DNA of 64,000 bases from Callorhinchus milii (taxonomy: Eukaryota), in the NCBI RefSeq assembly GCF_018977255.1, contig NW_024704742.1, positions 57,352,001-57,416,000 on the forward strand. Reading direction: 5' to 3'. Under the pieces are notes generated by a model. It ran no database searches and was not told the DNA's origin. It saw only the letters and a program-made list of their open reading frames with translations. Position numbers and translations under genes: made by a program. Numbering within the stretch: position 1 is the first letter of the stretch; the number at the start of each line of letters is the position of its first letter. This document shows, piece by piece, positions 22,769-35,565 of this stretch.

Positions 22769-23689
22769 ACTTTTACTTGGTCATGAACTATAAGACAAGA
22801 TACACATTCATTGTATTCTTATCGTGAAGGTGTCATGCCAATGTAATTTGTTGTGTTGTTGTTCCTAAATTAGTTTTGATTTTTACTGAATTCACCCTTT
22901 TTAATGTTAATCATTCACCCCATCCTGATTTTCTCCCATTATTGACAGAAACATGAAAATCATTTTTTTTATGTGAATAAAACTGCCTTTAAACAAGGTC
23001 TTTACTTTTTCTTTGCTTAGTATCCATCGCTACATTTATGAAATACTTTTGTTTGTAAGACTATCGGAACGAAAGTTGTTAAAAATAGGGCCTTGCAGGA
23101 GTTAATAGACTGTACTTACAGTACCTTTGGAGGAGAATACCGTGCTTTACTAAAAATAAATGCTTCACTCTTATTTTACTGGAATATATTTTACATCCAC
23201 TTACATTGTAGATATATTTGACATTGTGTATTATACTGAAACAGTAGGTAATGAGTATGTTTTTAGCAATATGATGAAGTGTTAAGAATGCATATATAAT
23301 ACAAGTTAGTTTGCTTTTAAAATTGGTGAATTTCAGATCCATGCTTTATGAAAAAAATCTAGAAATATTTACTGTATTTATGTTTTTTTTACAAAATCTT
23401 CACCTTTTGTTGCCCTTCCTGTTTAGAGATCTATTTTTGCACTTGCCTGAAGATAGGCTGTGATTGAAAACAATGGTGCTCAAACAATGGATAAAAAATT
23501 CTTTATTTAACTCAGGCAAATGCAAGTAGATCTGAATTTATGTTTGTTGTGTACAAAAGACCTCTATTACATTGGCTCACACATTATTTAATGTTGTAAC
23601 AAAAAGTGAAAGTAGATAACCTCATAGGAATTAATGGTAAATTCATTAATTGCTCTGGGTCAATAGGTTGTACTGTTGTTTGGAGCTCC

Positions 23690-24060
23690 ATGTGGCACTT
23701 GAGCTCATAGCTTAGGGGCTGACATTGTTGAAGTTCAATACTGAGGAAGTGCTGCAATTCTGAAGTGCCACTTTTCAGATGAGACATTAAAACAAAGTCC
23801 CGTCTGTTTTTATATGGCATAAAATAACCCATGACATTATTTGAAAAGAGAAACAAGTTTCTCTCAGTGTCCTAGCCAACAATCTTCCAGATTAATTGGT
23901 CATTAATTCCATGGCTGTTTGTAAGAGTTTGCTGACACAAATGGCTGCTGCTTTTGCCTACAAAAAATGTCATTACAATTGGCAGCAAATACTTGTGAAG
24001 GGCTTTGAGACATTCCAATGTGATAAGGCACTTTATCGAATGCAAGGATTTTTATATTAC
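23690..24060 (+). mobile_element. Old Deu-domain SINE (SacSINE1/AmnSINE-like)
   Basis: gatgagacattaaa...cccatgacattatttgaaaagag...gtcctagccaac...atggctgctgc, resembling the Deu core as I recall it. Confidence 0.7.
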
Positions 24061-24744
24061 ATAAAAAAGTTAGTTGGATTGAAACTATCTGAGCATTTAG
24101 ACGCAGGTTATGATGAATAGAAAAATTGTACTGGGATGTTCGTGAGGAATGGAATTCCATAGAGATCTGCTCTGGGTCCTCTGCGGTTTGCACTATTTAT
24201 AAATAGCTTGGAGGACGTATGCTTCTTGTAATGCTATCGTATTTGCTGGTGATATCAAGCTATTTAAGCAGGTGGCTGATTTAAGGTAAATAGCATTCAA
24301 GAAGATCTGGACTAATTATTGCATGTGCGCATGGTAATGCTAGTTGGATTTAATTATAAGATGTTGCTTATTGGAAAATGAATTGATAGACATTTACCCA
24401 ATGAAGGTCAGTCCATTAACAGATATAGAGGCGAAGGATTTGGGTGTGATTACTGAACATTTGTGGAAGACCTTTAATTTATTTGACAAGAACATTACTC
24501 AAACTGACCATCGATCAAAAGAAGTTAGTTAACTTTGTGTAGGTCACGAGTGAGGTCACACTTGGAATATTTTACAATAGAGCACCACATATCCACAGTC
24601 TGATTATCCACATCAGGCTCCAATGCGGAAATGTGATGCTTGGGCTTGGGGGGGGTTGTGTGTGACGTTACTGGGAACATAATTTTTCCTGCAGAGCATG
24701 ACTTGTGATTCAGCAGCTCAGAATAAATGTGGTTATTCATCAAT

Positions 24745-25061
24745 GGAGTCCTGTAGCTCAGTGGTTAGAGCACTCGCTTTGCAAGTGAGAGACCTGAGTT
24801 CAATTCCAGGCAGGGCGAAACCTTGGGCAAGTTTCCTTACTCCACACAGAGCCTAATAATAATCCCTCCAAAACCAAAAACAATAATTAACTTGGTCATT
24901 TTCAATCTACGACTGTTTGTGGGACATTGCTGTGCGCAATTGGCTGCCGCATTCGCCCACAAATATACAGTCAATTCACTTTACAGTGTGTTCTGTGAAG
25001 CGCTTTGGGATGTCCTCCTGACATGAAAAGCGCTATATCAAATGCAAGGATTATTATTATT
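24745..25061 (+). mobile_element. Full-length tRNA(Ala)-derived SINE, young short subfamily
   Basis: A box TAGCTCAGTGG, B box GTTCAATTCC; near-identical to the copies at 1974 and 16933. Confidence 0.93.
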
Positions 25062-25215
25062 AATTTGGTCCAGACACAGTGTAGGGTTGACGTTAAGGAC
25101 AGATTTAGAGGCACAGAAAATATAGAGAAAGTCAATGACAGCAAGAGGTAGAAAGTTAGAGAGAAAAAAGATTCAAAGAAGAAAAGGACTGACACAATAT
25201 GTACTGTAGTGACAG

Positions 25216-25488
25216 TATAATAATAATAATAATCCTTCCATTTGATATAGCGTCTTATCATGTTTTCAACACATCTCAAAGTGCTTCACAGAATATACTG
25301 TAAAGTGGATTGACTGTATTTTGTGGGTGAAACACAGCAACAAATTGTTCACGTCAGTATCCCACAAACAGTCGTGGATTGAGTGACCAAAAATTATTAT
25401 TTATTTACCGGATTATTGTCCCCGGAAAAGCAATCCGCCAGGCAACTAACAACTGGGTTCCTACTTACTGCTGGGTAAACAGAGGCAT
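25216..25488 (-). mobile_element. SINE, long subfamily, headless
   Basis: Shared body; tail-to-tail with the 24745 copy. Confidence 0.85.
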
Positions 25489-25844
25489 AACTGCTGATAG
25501 GGTGTTTTTGGTTAATACTTTGAGTTCTAACAATATATATTTTGTTGGATGATCCATTCTCCGCATTGCCTCCATATTGATAATGGGGCCAGTCTCCGTT
25601 AGTGTGGACTTTAGGGTCTCTATCATATACAGTTTTGTGATACTACATTAAACAACCAGATAGACCCAGAGCATTCAGAAGATAGCTCCAAGCATGATTC
25701 TGTAACTTAGGTTGTGATGAAATGCTTACAGAATTGAATCAATTTAATTAAGGAGGAAAATAAGATTAAGGGTAACATGGCAATTAAAAAATGGGGGTCA
25801 TATGAGATATATGTGTGAGCAGCATAATTGATGTAAACAAAGTG

Positions 25845-26382
25845 TCTGACTGGCTCAGTTAGTAACATGCTTGCCTCTGAGTCATTAGGTTGTGGGGTTC
25901 AAATCCCATGTTGAGACTTTAAACTCACAATCTAGACCAGGGGTTTCCAATCGGTTGATTGCAATCGACTTCTTGGAGCAGGAAGACGTGGCCCGCCAAT
26001 TCCCCTCACCAGTCCAGGCAAATCCACACCAACGTTCCAGTAGCTTCTGAACCCGATAACCATGGCACCGCCATAAATTAAGAAAAATTCAATAAAGAAA
26101 AATGTATTTGTATGGGTATGTTAAGTCGAGGTACCGTCTGCCTGTTCAGATGGACTTTAAAGAGAAGCGAGTTTCATCTGGTGTCCTGGCCAACAATCCC
26201 CCAGATAAAACTGGACGTTCACTTCATAGCTCTTTGTGCAATACTACTGTGTGTGAAATTAGCTGCTGCGTATGTTTACATTATGCACAGCGATAAATAC
26301 TTTACAGTAAAATCCTGTGCAGTGCTTTCAGATGTTTCGATGACATGATACATTAAATGTTGTATTAAATGCAGGGATTATG
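25845..26382 (+). mobile_element. Deu-domain SINE interrupted by a hAT/Charlie-like end at 25938
   Basis: Head tggctcagttagta...gcctctgagtca...gggttcaaatccc; ATCTAGAC then CAGGGGTTTCCAA; Deu core resumes at ~26120. Confidence 0.7.
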
Positions 26383-26514
26383 ATGAGTCACTGAGAGCAA
26401 AAATAGAGAACATTAGTTTAAAATTTAAAAGCCTCAATGGAAACTTGAAGAATTTGTTTCCACTATGGAATAGTTCATATGTAGTATATTTATATTCTGC
26501 AAGAAATTAATATA

Positions 26515-26662
26515 AAAATCCTTGCATTTGATATGATAGTGCTTTATTATTATTACTATTATCCTTGCATTTGATATAGCGCTTTTCAGGTCTTCTAGAC
26601 ATCTCAAAGCGCTTCACAGAATATACTGTGAAGTTAATTGACTGTATATTTGTGGGCGAAAC
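26515..26662 (-). mobile_element. SINE 3' fragment with duplicated tail
   Basis: atccttgcatttgatat occurs twice. Confidence 0.8.
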
Positions 26663-28529
26663 ACATAGTTTCACATAGTTGAAAAGACTCAAACCGCCTC
26701 ATGGGATTTTTACTATGTATTTGTCGGTCATTTGGTTGGTGGTTTCGCAGGGGAAGTGGGGGAGGGGGTACCGCCTTACAGGTGAGCCAGCACACTGGCA
26801 CCAGGACTGCAAAATTCATGCAATGATGCAGCTGCCTAATAGCGGAAAGTATTACTTTCAATGAAACAGAAACTGCACAGACTGAATTGTACAGAAACTA
26901 ATCAACACCTGCTTTATGCTGGCTTTGTTTGCACCTGCATGGAATCATAGACCAAAATAGAAGTTCATTATGATGCTTTTATACCTTTACTTTTACATTG
27001 GCAGAGTTTATAGCATCAATTTTATGATAGATTGATAACCACACTGCTTTTATTCTATTATAACATTGGAACTGTAAATACTGCTGAGTAACTTTATAGT
27101 GGTACAAGGGATAAAATTATAATCCTTGCATTTATTAAGCACCTTTCATGTTGATAGGATGTCTCAAAGTCTTCACGTGGTTTACTGTTCACTGTAGTGA
27201 CTGTGTATTTTGTAGGACCATGGTTGCTAGAAATCTGCTGCTCGCAAATCTTTATGACCCTAGCCTTAAGCTAGTTTTCCACATTAACGTGTTAAGAACT
27301 GTGGAAAACCGACTTCCAAATTTGCAGATTTCTGCATGTTCTTAAATGTTTATCCAACGGTCCTGAGTAATTTCAGGCCTCTTAAGTATTAATTTTGGAA
27401 ATGTACAGCAGCCAAGAAGCGGAATCACATTTGTAATGCTACACTTTGTCAGATGCTCACTGACCTGCTGTATGTTTCCAACAATAAAGTACAGGAGCTG
27501 CTCATTACTAGAAACCTTCCCTTGGGTCTTGTGAATAGCACAAGTGAGCTTACGCGTTTCTCCAGAGCTATTGCCTCTGCTAACAACAAACTCTTAAGCA
27601 TGGTGATTGGTTTCGCTTGTGTCAGACACGCGGCTGACCAAAAAATATTGGGCCTTGAGAGTAGCAGAAGTGAACTGATGCATTTCCCCAGGGCTATTGC
27701 CTCTGCTAGTAACATACTCAACAAGTGTCACACCTGTAGTAGATTGATCGGCTGTAGATTTTCCTTTTTGTATAGAGTTGGAGTATCCTAACATAAGCCG
27801 GTGCTCTTTTTAGAAATCTGGCTATGACTGATATTCTCAACGGGAGTACTGCAGTTGGCAGATTGCCTAACACAATGTTGAGTAGTTCTGGGTTCAACCA
27901 TGGTGCAGGAGGCTGATGGTGTACTGTGTTCACCTTTGGAACACTAACTGCTTTTACATTAAAAATAATCTAGAACAATATAACAATATTAATAATTCAT
28001 CGGTCATTCAGATTTTTAACGGGCTATCCAAATTACAACAATAAGTCTTTCTTGGGAGTATGTATTTGTGTACTTGATAAAACATGAATGAAGCAACAGA
28101 CACACATGTAATCTTTTTAAATTTTTCATTGACTTGAATTTAGTTTGCTTGTAGCTAGTGAACATGGTACTGTGTAGGTGTGGCATTTTTGTTGCTTGCA
28201 CAAACCAAAGCAAATGAGGCCGAACCCTAGTAATTTACGCAATGGCAAGTCATTGATGAATGACAAGTCTGTGCAAGTTAGAAAATTAAATAGGGAGCTG
28301 AGAGCTCAGATGATATTGGCAACTATACAGCAGGAAGTCAATGCAGATTAGGACCATTCTGAAACTAATTTATTTAATCAGGATGATTACACATGCATTT
28401 TACAACAAGCTCATTTTCCTTAGAAACCTTCTAAGCAACCGAGAGTGAGAGAGATTCATGCCTCAAATATGAGTTAGATTTAAACTAAGAGATTTGAGAT
28501 ATGAGTGGACCATGTATTAATACACTGTG

Positions 28530-28932
28530 TGTCAGACTGGATCAGTTGATACCATTCTCCCCTTTGAGTCAGAAATTCGGGGGCCCAAGCCACACATCAG
28601 GACTTGGAACTCACAATGCAGGCTGGCACTGCAGTGGTGGGGATGTTGGAAGTGCTTTCCTTTGGATGAGAACGTTAAACCTGTTCAGGTGGATGTTAAA
28701 GATCCAATGGCACTATACGAAAAGAGAAGGGAATTTCTTCCTGTTTCCTGGTTTAAAAAATCCCCCAAGTAAAATTGATTGTTCATCTCACAGCTGTTGC
28801 AGTGTGTAAATTGGTTGTCTGGAAATACACAGTCACAATGCTTTGCAATAAAATCTTGTGAAGGGTTTTGAGACATTTCAACTATATAAGGTATGTACAT
28901 AATATCAAATGTAAGGATGACTATTATTATAA
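28530..28932 (+). mobile_element. Deu-domain SINE
   Basis: tRNA-like head, ggatgagaacgttaaa...aaagatccaatggcact core and tail. Confidence 0.75.
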
Positions 28933-30014
28933 ATGGTTTATGTTTCCTAAATGAACAAAAACAAATCCTGAACTTGCAGTGTTTAGGTATCACTATTTGC
29001 TACTGCTGCTGCAGAACAATTGCTGGCTTTTGTGTGTAATTGGGCCTAAAATGAGATATGTACATAAGACCTTTTTCTTTCTGCCTCCAGAGAGAAATCC
29101 ATATTTTTGGAGGTGCTATGCTTTGGATGAGATGTTAAATTGAGGTCCCGTCTGGCTACTCAGACAGATATTGACCCTATTTGAAAAGAGAAGGGAGTTT
29201 CTTCGGTGGCCTGGCCTATAATCCCCCAGAAATAAGATTATTCGCTTCATAGCTGTTTGTGGTACATTGCTGTGCTTAAATAGGCTGCTGCATTTATCTA
29301 TAAATACATAGACAGTACACTTTGGCCTGTGATTGATCGCTAAATTTAAGACTGGGGTAACTAAGTTACAGTAGTTTGCATTATACAAACACAATGGGCC
29401 GAATGGCCGCATTCTTTGCTGTAAATTTTTATGCTTCTATCAGGCTAGCTGTTAATCTTATAATCACAGAATGGTACAGCACAGACACAGGCCATTCAAG
29501 TCATCAGTTTTGCACTGTCATTATTTATCTGTCAGATAATTACAACATTTGAAAGGGAATTTGATGAGCATTTGAAGAAAAAAGATTCAGTAGAAAAGGT
29601 TGTGGAGAAAGAGCAGAGAAATATCATTGTAGTATTTGGTGTGAGTAGATGAGCTGGTGCTAGACTGTCACAATAGAACCAATAGGCGGCTTCCGTGTTA
29701 GCATTTCTATGATTCTATGATCTAGCTCAGCTGTGAAACATTAAGATTCAGAAGACGTTGAAATAAAAAAATTGATTCTTTTCAGTGCATTAGGATCGTT
29801 ACCAAACGCCATTGTATCTGAACTAGATCCATCAGCTAAAGACAACTGTTCTGAATTAAGCCTTTGATTTCTAATTACAGTCTCCTACAGTGTTTTACAA
29901 GGTTATCGTAAAGGGACATTGACATTTTTTTCAGTTATTTAGACAATAATTAAGAGTATTAGGTTTTGTATCTGTGTAGCATGTCTACTCTCTGGTCACT
30001 ACATTACATTTATG

Positions 30015-30462
30015 TGTCAGCCTAGCGCAGTGGTAGAACTCTCGCCTCTGAGTCAGAAGGTTGTGGGTTGAAGCCTCACGTTGGCACTTGAAATCACATA
30101 CCCTAAGCTGTCACTCCAATACAGTGTTGTGGGATGGGGGGTGTTGCATTTTGGATGTGCGATCCTTCAGATGAGCCATTAAACTGAGGTCCCATCTGCT
30201 TGTTCAGGTCGATGTTAAAGAACCCATGGCACCATTCGAAAAGAGATGGGAATTTCTCCCGGTGACCTGACCAACAATCCCCCCAAATAAAATTGGTCAT
30301 TCACTGATTCATGGCTGTTTGTGGAATATTGATATGCACAACTGGCTGCCATATATTACCGACAAAATAACAGTCGATCCACTTTATAGTATATCCTGTG
30401 AAGCACTTTGAGACATCTCAACATGATAAGGTACTACATCAAATACAGAGATTATTATTATT
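30015..30462 (+). mobile_element. Full-length Deu-domain SINE
   Basis: tagcgcagtgg A box, gggttgaagcc B-box-like, Deu core, LINE-like tail. Confidence 0.82.
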
Positions 30463-31051
30463 ACCCTGACACTGCGTTCTTAAAAAGGGCTCTAGGGGAT
30501 TAGCTGCTGTGTGTCTGCTGGCAAAATCACCTGCAACACAAACAGGTTTACTTCAAGCAATTCCCTGTATATAACACAGAGTCACGAGACCTGTCTCGAA
30601 GCTGAGGTCTCACAATGTTGTGTTGTGTTCCAGGGATACGCTGGAGAAATAGCTATATGTGTTGTGGCCAATTTTATTGGCAACGTCTCAGTAGTTAAAC
30701 GGCTAAAGTGGTCTTCATGAATGACTGTTGTTCTCTATGATTACATAGTAAGTAGAAAATATATATTAAGTAGAAAAATAAAGTTTTAAGGTGTGATTTG
30801 AAAACTGATAGGGAAGGGGGTAGGGTGGAGGGTAGAAGTAAGAAGTTTCAGATCTTAGGGGTGTAAAATCGGAAAGCCTGGTCAATGATGGTGGCACGGA
30901 TAGGGCGGGTAATACTCAGACAACCTATTCGCTGAGGGGAGGGTGTGAGCAGAGAACTCGGTGGCTTTGAGATGCTATCATGCATGAAGGGCTACATAGA
31001 TACAATTGTTGTATGAGGAGATCAGAGAGATAGGGCAGTGCATGGGTGTGT

Positions 31052-32253
31052 ACAACAACAACAAGATTACATTTGTATAGCGCCTTTCACGTCGGGAGGA
31101 CGTCCCAAGGTGCTGGACAGTGTTCAGCATTTCAGACCCGAGCTGGGGTCAGGGGGAAGAAGGGAGGGGAGAGGAAGGGCAGTGGCCAATTGCATGATCG
31201 AAGAGGAGGGTCTTGAGGCGGGACTTGAAGGAGACTAAAGAGGGGGCGAGGCAGAGTGACTGGGGGATGGAATTCCAAAGGTTGGGGGTAGAGTGGCTGA
31301 AGGATCTCCCACCAATGGTGGGGCGGGTGGTTCAGGGGACGTGGAGTAGGCCGGAGCCGGCTGAGCGGAGGGAATGGGCGGTTTGGTAGGGGGTTAGGAG
31401 GTTGCAGAGGTAGGGTGGGGCGAGGCAATGAAGGGCCTTGTAGGTGAGGACCAGGATCTTGAACTGGATCCTCTGAAGGATAGGGAGCCAATGGAGTCGG
31501 GCGAGAGTGGGGGAGATGGGTCACGGAGTTTGGTGCGGGAGAGGACACGGGCTGCAGAGTTCTGGATTATCTGCAGCCTGTGGAGGGAGGAGTTAGGAAG
31601 GCGGACAAGCAGGGTGTTTGCATAGTCGAGCCTGGAGGTGATGAAGGCATGAACAAGAGTTTCAGCGGCCTGAGGGGTGAAGTAGTGGCGGAGTCGGGCA
31701 ATGTTACGGAGGTGAGGGAAGGAAGAGCTGGTCATGGCTTGGATATGGGGAAGAAAAGACAGTTGAGGGTCGAACAAGCCTGACTGGCTTGGTGAGTTGT
31801 AGTGAGCAACCATGGAGGTTGATGCTGCCAGAGCCTGAGGTGCTGAGGCGCTGGCGTGAGCCAATCAGGAGGGCCTCAGTCTTGTTCACATTCAACTGTA
31901 GGAAATTTGCCCTCATCCGGGACTTGATATCCGACAGACAGTCTGTCAGGACAGCAGTGTTGAGAGTTGGAGGCAGAAAGATAGAGTTGGGTGTCATCCA
32001 CATACATATGGAAGTTGACCCCATTTCTGTGGATGATGTCACCAAGGGGGAGCATATAGGTATTAAAGAGGAGAGGGCCAAGGACAGAGCCCTGGGGGAT
32101 GCCAGACTTGACAGTGCAGGGGCTGGAGGAGAAACCGTTAGAGGCACCAAAGTGGAGACAGTGAGTGAGATAGGAATCGAACCAGGAAAGGGCAGGTCTG
32201 CGAAGATTGAGTAAAGCGGAGAGGTGGTGTATGAGGATAGAGTGGTCGACAGT
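31052..32253 (-). mobile_element. 5'-truncated L2-clade LINE (RT C-terminal half plus 3' UTR), frameshifted
   Basis: Minus strand encodes GIPQGSVLGPL, HMYVDDTQLY, LQLNVNKTE and ETLVHAFITSRLDYAN; (TTG)n tail. Confidence 0.92.
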
Positions 32254-32254
32254 C

Positions 32255-32540
32255 GGTGTATAATGATTTGTAGGTGAGAGTCAGTACCTTGTAGCGGTTG
32301 AAGCCTATTCTATGAGAGACAGGGAGTCAGTGGAGCCTGGCAGGCACTGAGGTAGTGGGCTTGCGGCATTTGGTGCGGGTGAGGATGCAGACAGCGGAAT
32401 TTTGGATGAATTGAAGTTCATGGACGGTGGAGCTAGGGAGACAAGCGAGGAGTGCATTAAAAAATCCTAGCTGTGGGGTGATGAAGGTGTGGATAAGGGT
32501 TTCGGTGACATTTAGAATGAAATAGGGGCAGAAGTGGGAG
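32255..32540 (-). mobile_element. Second, older L2 ORF2 fragment
   Basis: ETLIHTFITPQLGFFNALLACLP...QNSAVCILT. Confidence 0.8.
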
Positions 32541-35039
32541 ATGTACAAACTACACAATTCAATAACAAATGTGCTGGAGTACATCTAAGCGGAGACACAT
32601 TATCAATGAGTCATTTTCCATATCTGATTGATAAGCAAATCAGCAATATGACGCAAGAAACTTTTTCTGCTCCATTTGCTGTATCACAATGGGAGCAGGT
32701 ATACAGTGTAACGTAGGGATAAGCCCTGGCTGAAAATCTGAATTTTTAATCATTGAGAAAGCAGTTTTTATCTTCTGTAAAGGGAAGAACCTTTCACTTT
32801 GTGAAAGAATTTGGTGCAAAACATTTTTTTGTCTGATGACTCAGTTATGATTGCATTCTTGAATCATCCTCTAACATTAGGCAAAAATTATATCTTGCTG
32901 TGGGTGGAATTTTTCTTTATTGAGAGTCAGCACGAGGGGTGTTCTACTCTGCTTCATGTGGGATTCTCTTGGTTGTTTAACAATGAGTAGTATATTTGAT
33001 TTCAAGTCATTCATTTATAGTGTAATTAGTGTCTGTGCATGTTAGTACAGTATTTTATGAAAAGGAGTTTTGCTCTTGCTGGTTGAGCAATGGTATTGCC
33101 TGACCTCCTTTATATGGATGTGCCACTCCATGAGTAGTACTGTATTGGCTTTGCACTGTGTGGGTGTATGTGTTTTTAGAGACATGTTACTGGTAATATC
33201 CACTGTTTTTCTCCCTTGAAACCAGTGCAACTGGAATTGTGTCTTCAGTGAATATGTTTCAACATGCATAGCCCTAAAAAATATATAGCTCCTTCTGCTC
33301 ATTCATATGTCTTTGATGTTCCTTCTTTCCTGGTTGTATTCATTAACTTATGCACTTAAATATTGTCATCCAGAAACTCAATATTCCAGTCACCTTTTAC
33401 CATTGGGACCAGAAATTTCCCTCAGACTTTCAAACAAAAAATTAGGCAAATAGCCTTAGAAATGATTTGCATTTAAATTGATCAATTTGCAGTTGCTGAA
33501 AAGGCATGACAAGGTAAATAAGGAAAACTATTTGAATTTGTTGGGGAATCGTTGATAAAGCGCATAGTCTCAAGATTGTTAGCAAAAATTCACAAAGAAT
33601 GTTTTCAGTCGAAGAGTTATCTGGGTGGGGAGTTTATAACCACAATGGTTATTGAGACTGGATGGATGAAATTCACTCAAAGAGGAATAATTCAAATGAT
33701 AATTTAACACAAAATGCGGCACAGACATGATGGCTTGAGTGTGCCTTCTTCTGTACTTAATTCTGTGTTTACAAGCAGAAGGCTGATGATCCCAGTATTA
33801 AAAATGCCATTGTTTTTCATCAAAGTGTTCCATACAACCACTAAATGAATCTGTCAACTGTACATGGCATCAGATATCGTCATTAAACTACTTAAATACT
33901 CTGTTGTTGACAAAAGCAAAATTAGTTAGAATTTACTTTCCTTCTTATTTAAAATAATGGGTGGTAACATTTGATTGACAACAAAAAAGCACAGTGAAAG
34001 TTCACTGGGGGTGCACTGCATTGTTGAAGGCTTTGCAGGAGACATTAAACTGAAGTCCCATCTGCCTGTTCAAGTATATGTTAAAGATCGCATGGCACTG
34101 TTGAAAAGAGAAGGAAATTTCTCCCATTGTTGGGGCGACAAATCCCTCCCCCCGCCCCCCACCCCCAAACAAAAATTGGTTCTTTACTTTATGGCTATTT
34201 GTAGGACATTGTTGTGTGCAACTTGACTGCTATGTTTGCTCACAAATACACGGTCACTGGACTTACAGTGAATCCTGTGAAGCATTTTGAGATAACAGCA
34301 ACAAAATTACATTTGTATTGTGACTTTCACGTCGGAAGGACGTCCCAAGTCGCTGAACAGAAAGGGTTACGAACCCGAGCTGAGGTCATTCTATATATAT
34401 GACATATATATGAAACATACTATATAGATATCCAATATCAAATGTAAGGATTATTATCATATCCTTTAGTGATCAATGAAGTGCATTGGATTAATCTTAA
34501 CATGAGAAACATTTTGAAGTGTTGTGGATACGTTAGTTACCAATAGTGACACAATTGTGTCAATAGTGAGTCACAAGCAGTAACATTATTCAATATGTCA
34601 GCCACAATTCTGTTAAAAACCTATTAAATATTACTTATTGACTCCATGAACATTTAATGCAATGTTCCATACTCTTACACAATAATTTACATTTATATAA
34701 TACGTTTCAAGCACGTATTTCCAACTGCTTTACAAACTGGAATTAATACAGCTCAGAATTCCTGAGTCCTGTAAAACAGAATAAAGTGTTTTCCCACAGA
34801 CACCTGGCCTTTGGAGGTTACCTGCCTTAGCAGACGGTGCATGTATATTCAGATACTGTGTAGTAGTGTGACAGGATCTGAGGAAACCAAGACTTTCTTA
34901 ATTGTGTTTTTTTGGCATTTTATCTGCTACGCAAAGAATGGTTAGCAGAGGCTAGAAGATGCATCTAAAAATTAGGTGACTTTCCTCCGTCCATTTGCTC
35001 TGGAGCTCCGTGCTTTCATTGATGAGTTTGCTCTGTGGT

Positions 35040-35565
35040 ATGGAGAGAGACCTCCGGGTCTGGCCTCCTCCTCGTCCCCCGAGTCCTCAGCTCCACCCTC
35101 GGCAGCCGTGCCTTCAGCCACTATGCCCCGAGGCTCTGGAACTCCCTTCCTCACTCCCTTTGTCTCGCTCCTTCCCTTCCTATTTTCAGGTCTCTGCTGA
35201 AGACCTTTCTTTTCGACCGCCCATTGGTTACCTTCCTCCCCCTCCCCCTGGCTCGGCCCCGGGATCCGTTACTGTAAAGCGTCCTGAGAAGCCATCCGAC
35301 ATGGAGGACGCTATATAAATCCAACTTGTTGTTGTTGTTTTTGTTGAGAGGCAATTGGAGATCCAACTCTAGCCTCCTTCAAGACCCGTCTCAAGACCCT
35401 CTTCTTCGACCGTGCCTTCGGTCAACCTCCTTCCCCCACCTGCCCTCCACCCGCCCCGATCCCGACGCCCAGCTCGGGTCTGAAACACTGACTGTCCAGC
35501 ACCTTGGAACATTCTCCTGATGTGAAAGGCGGTATACAAATGTAATTTTGTTATTGTTGTTGTTT
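35040..35565 (+). mobile_element. Two tandem L2 3' ends
   Basis: SRAFSHYAPRLWNSLP...FRSLLKTFLF; two (TTG)n tails at ~35325 and ~35550. Confidence 0.85.

Noticed and set aside
24745..24820. tRNA-Ala gene
   Set aside because: It is a SINE head followed by SINE body and tail, present in several copies.
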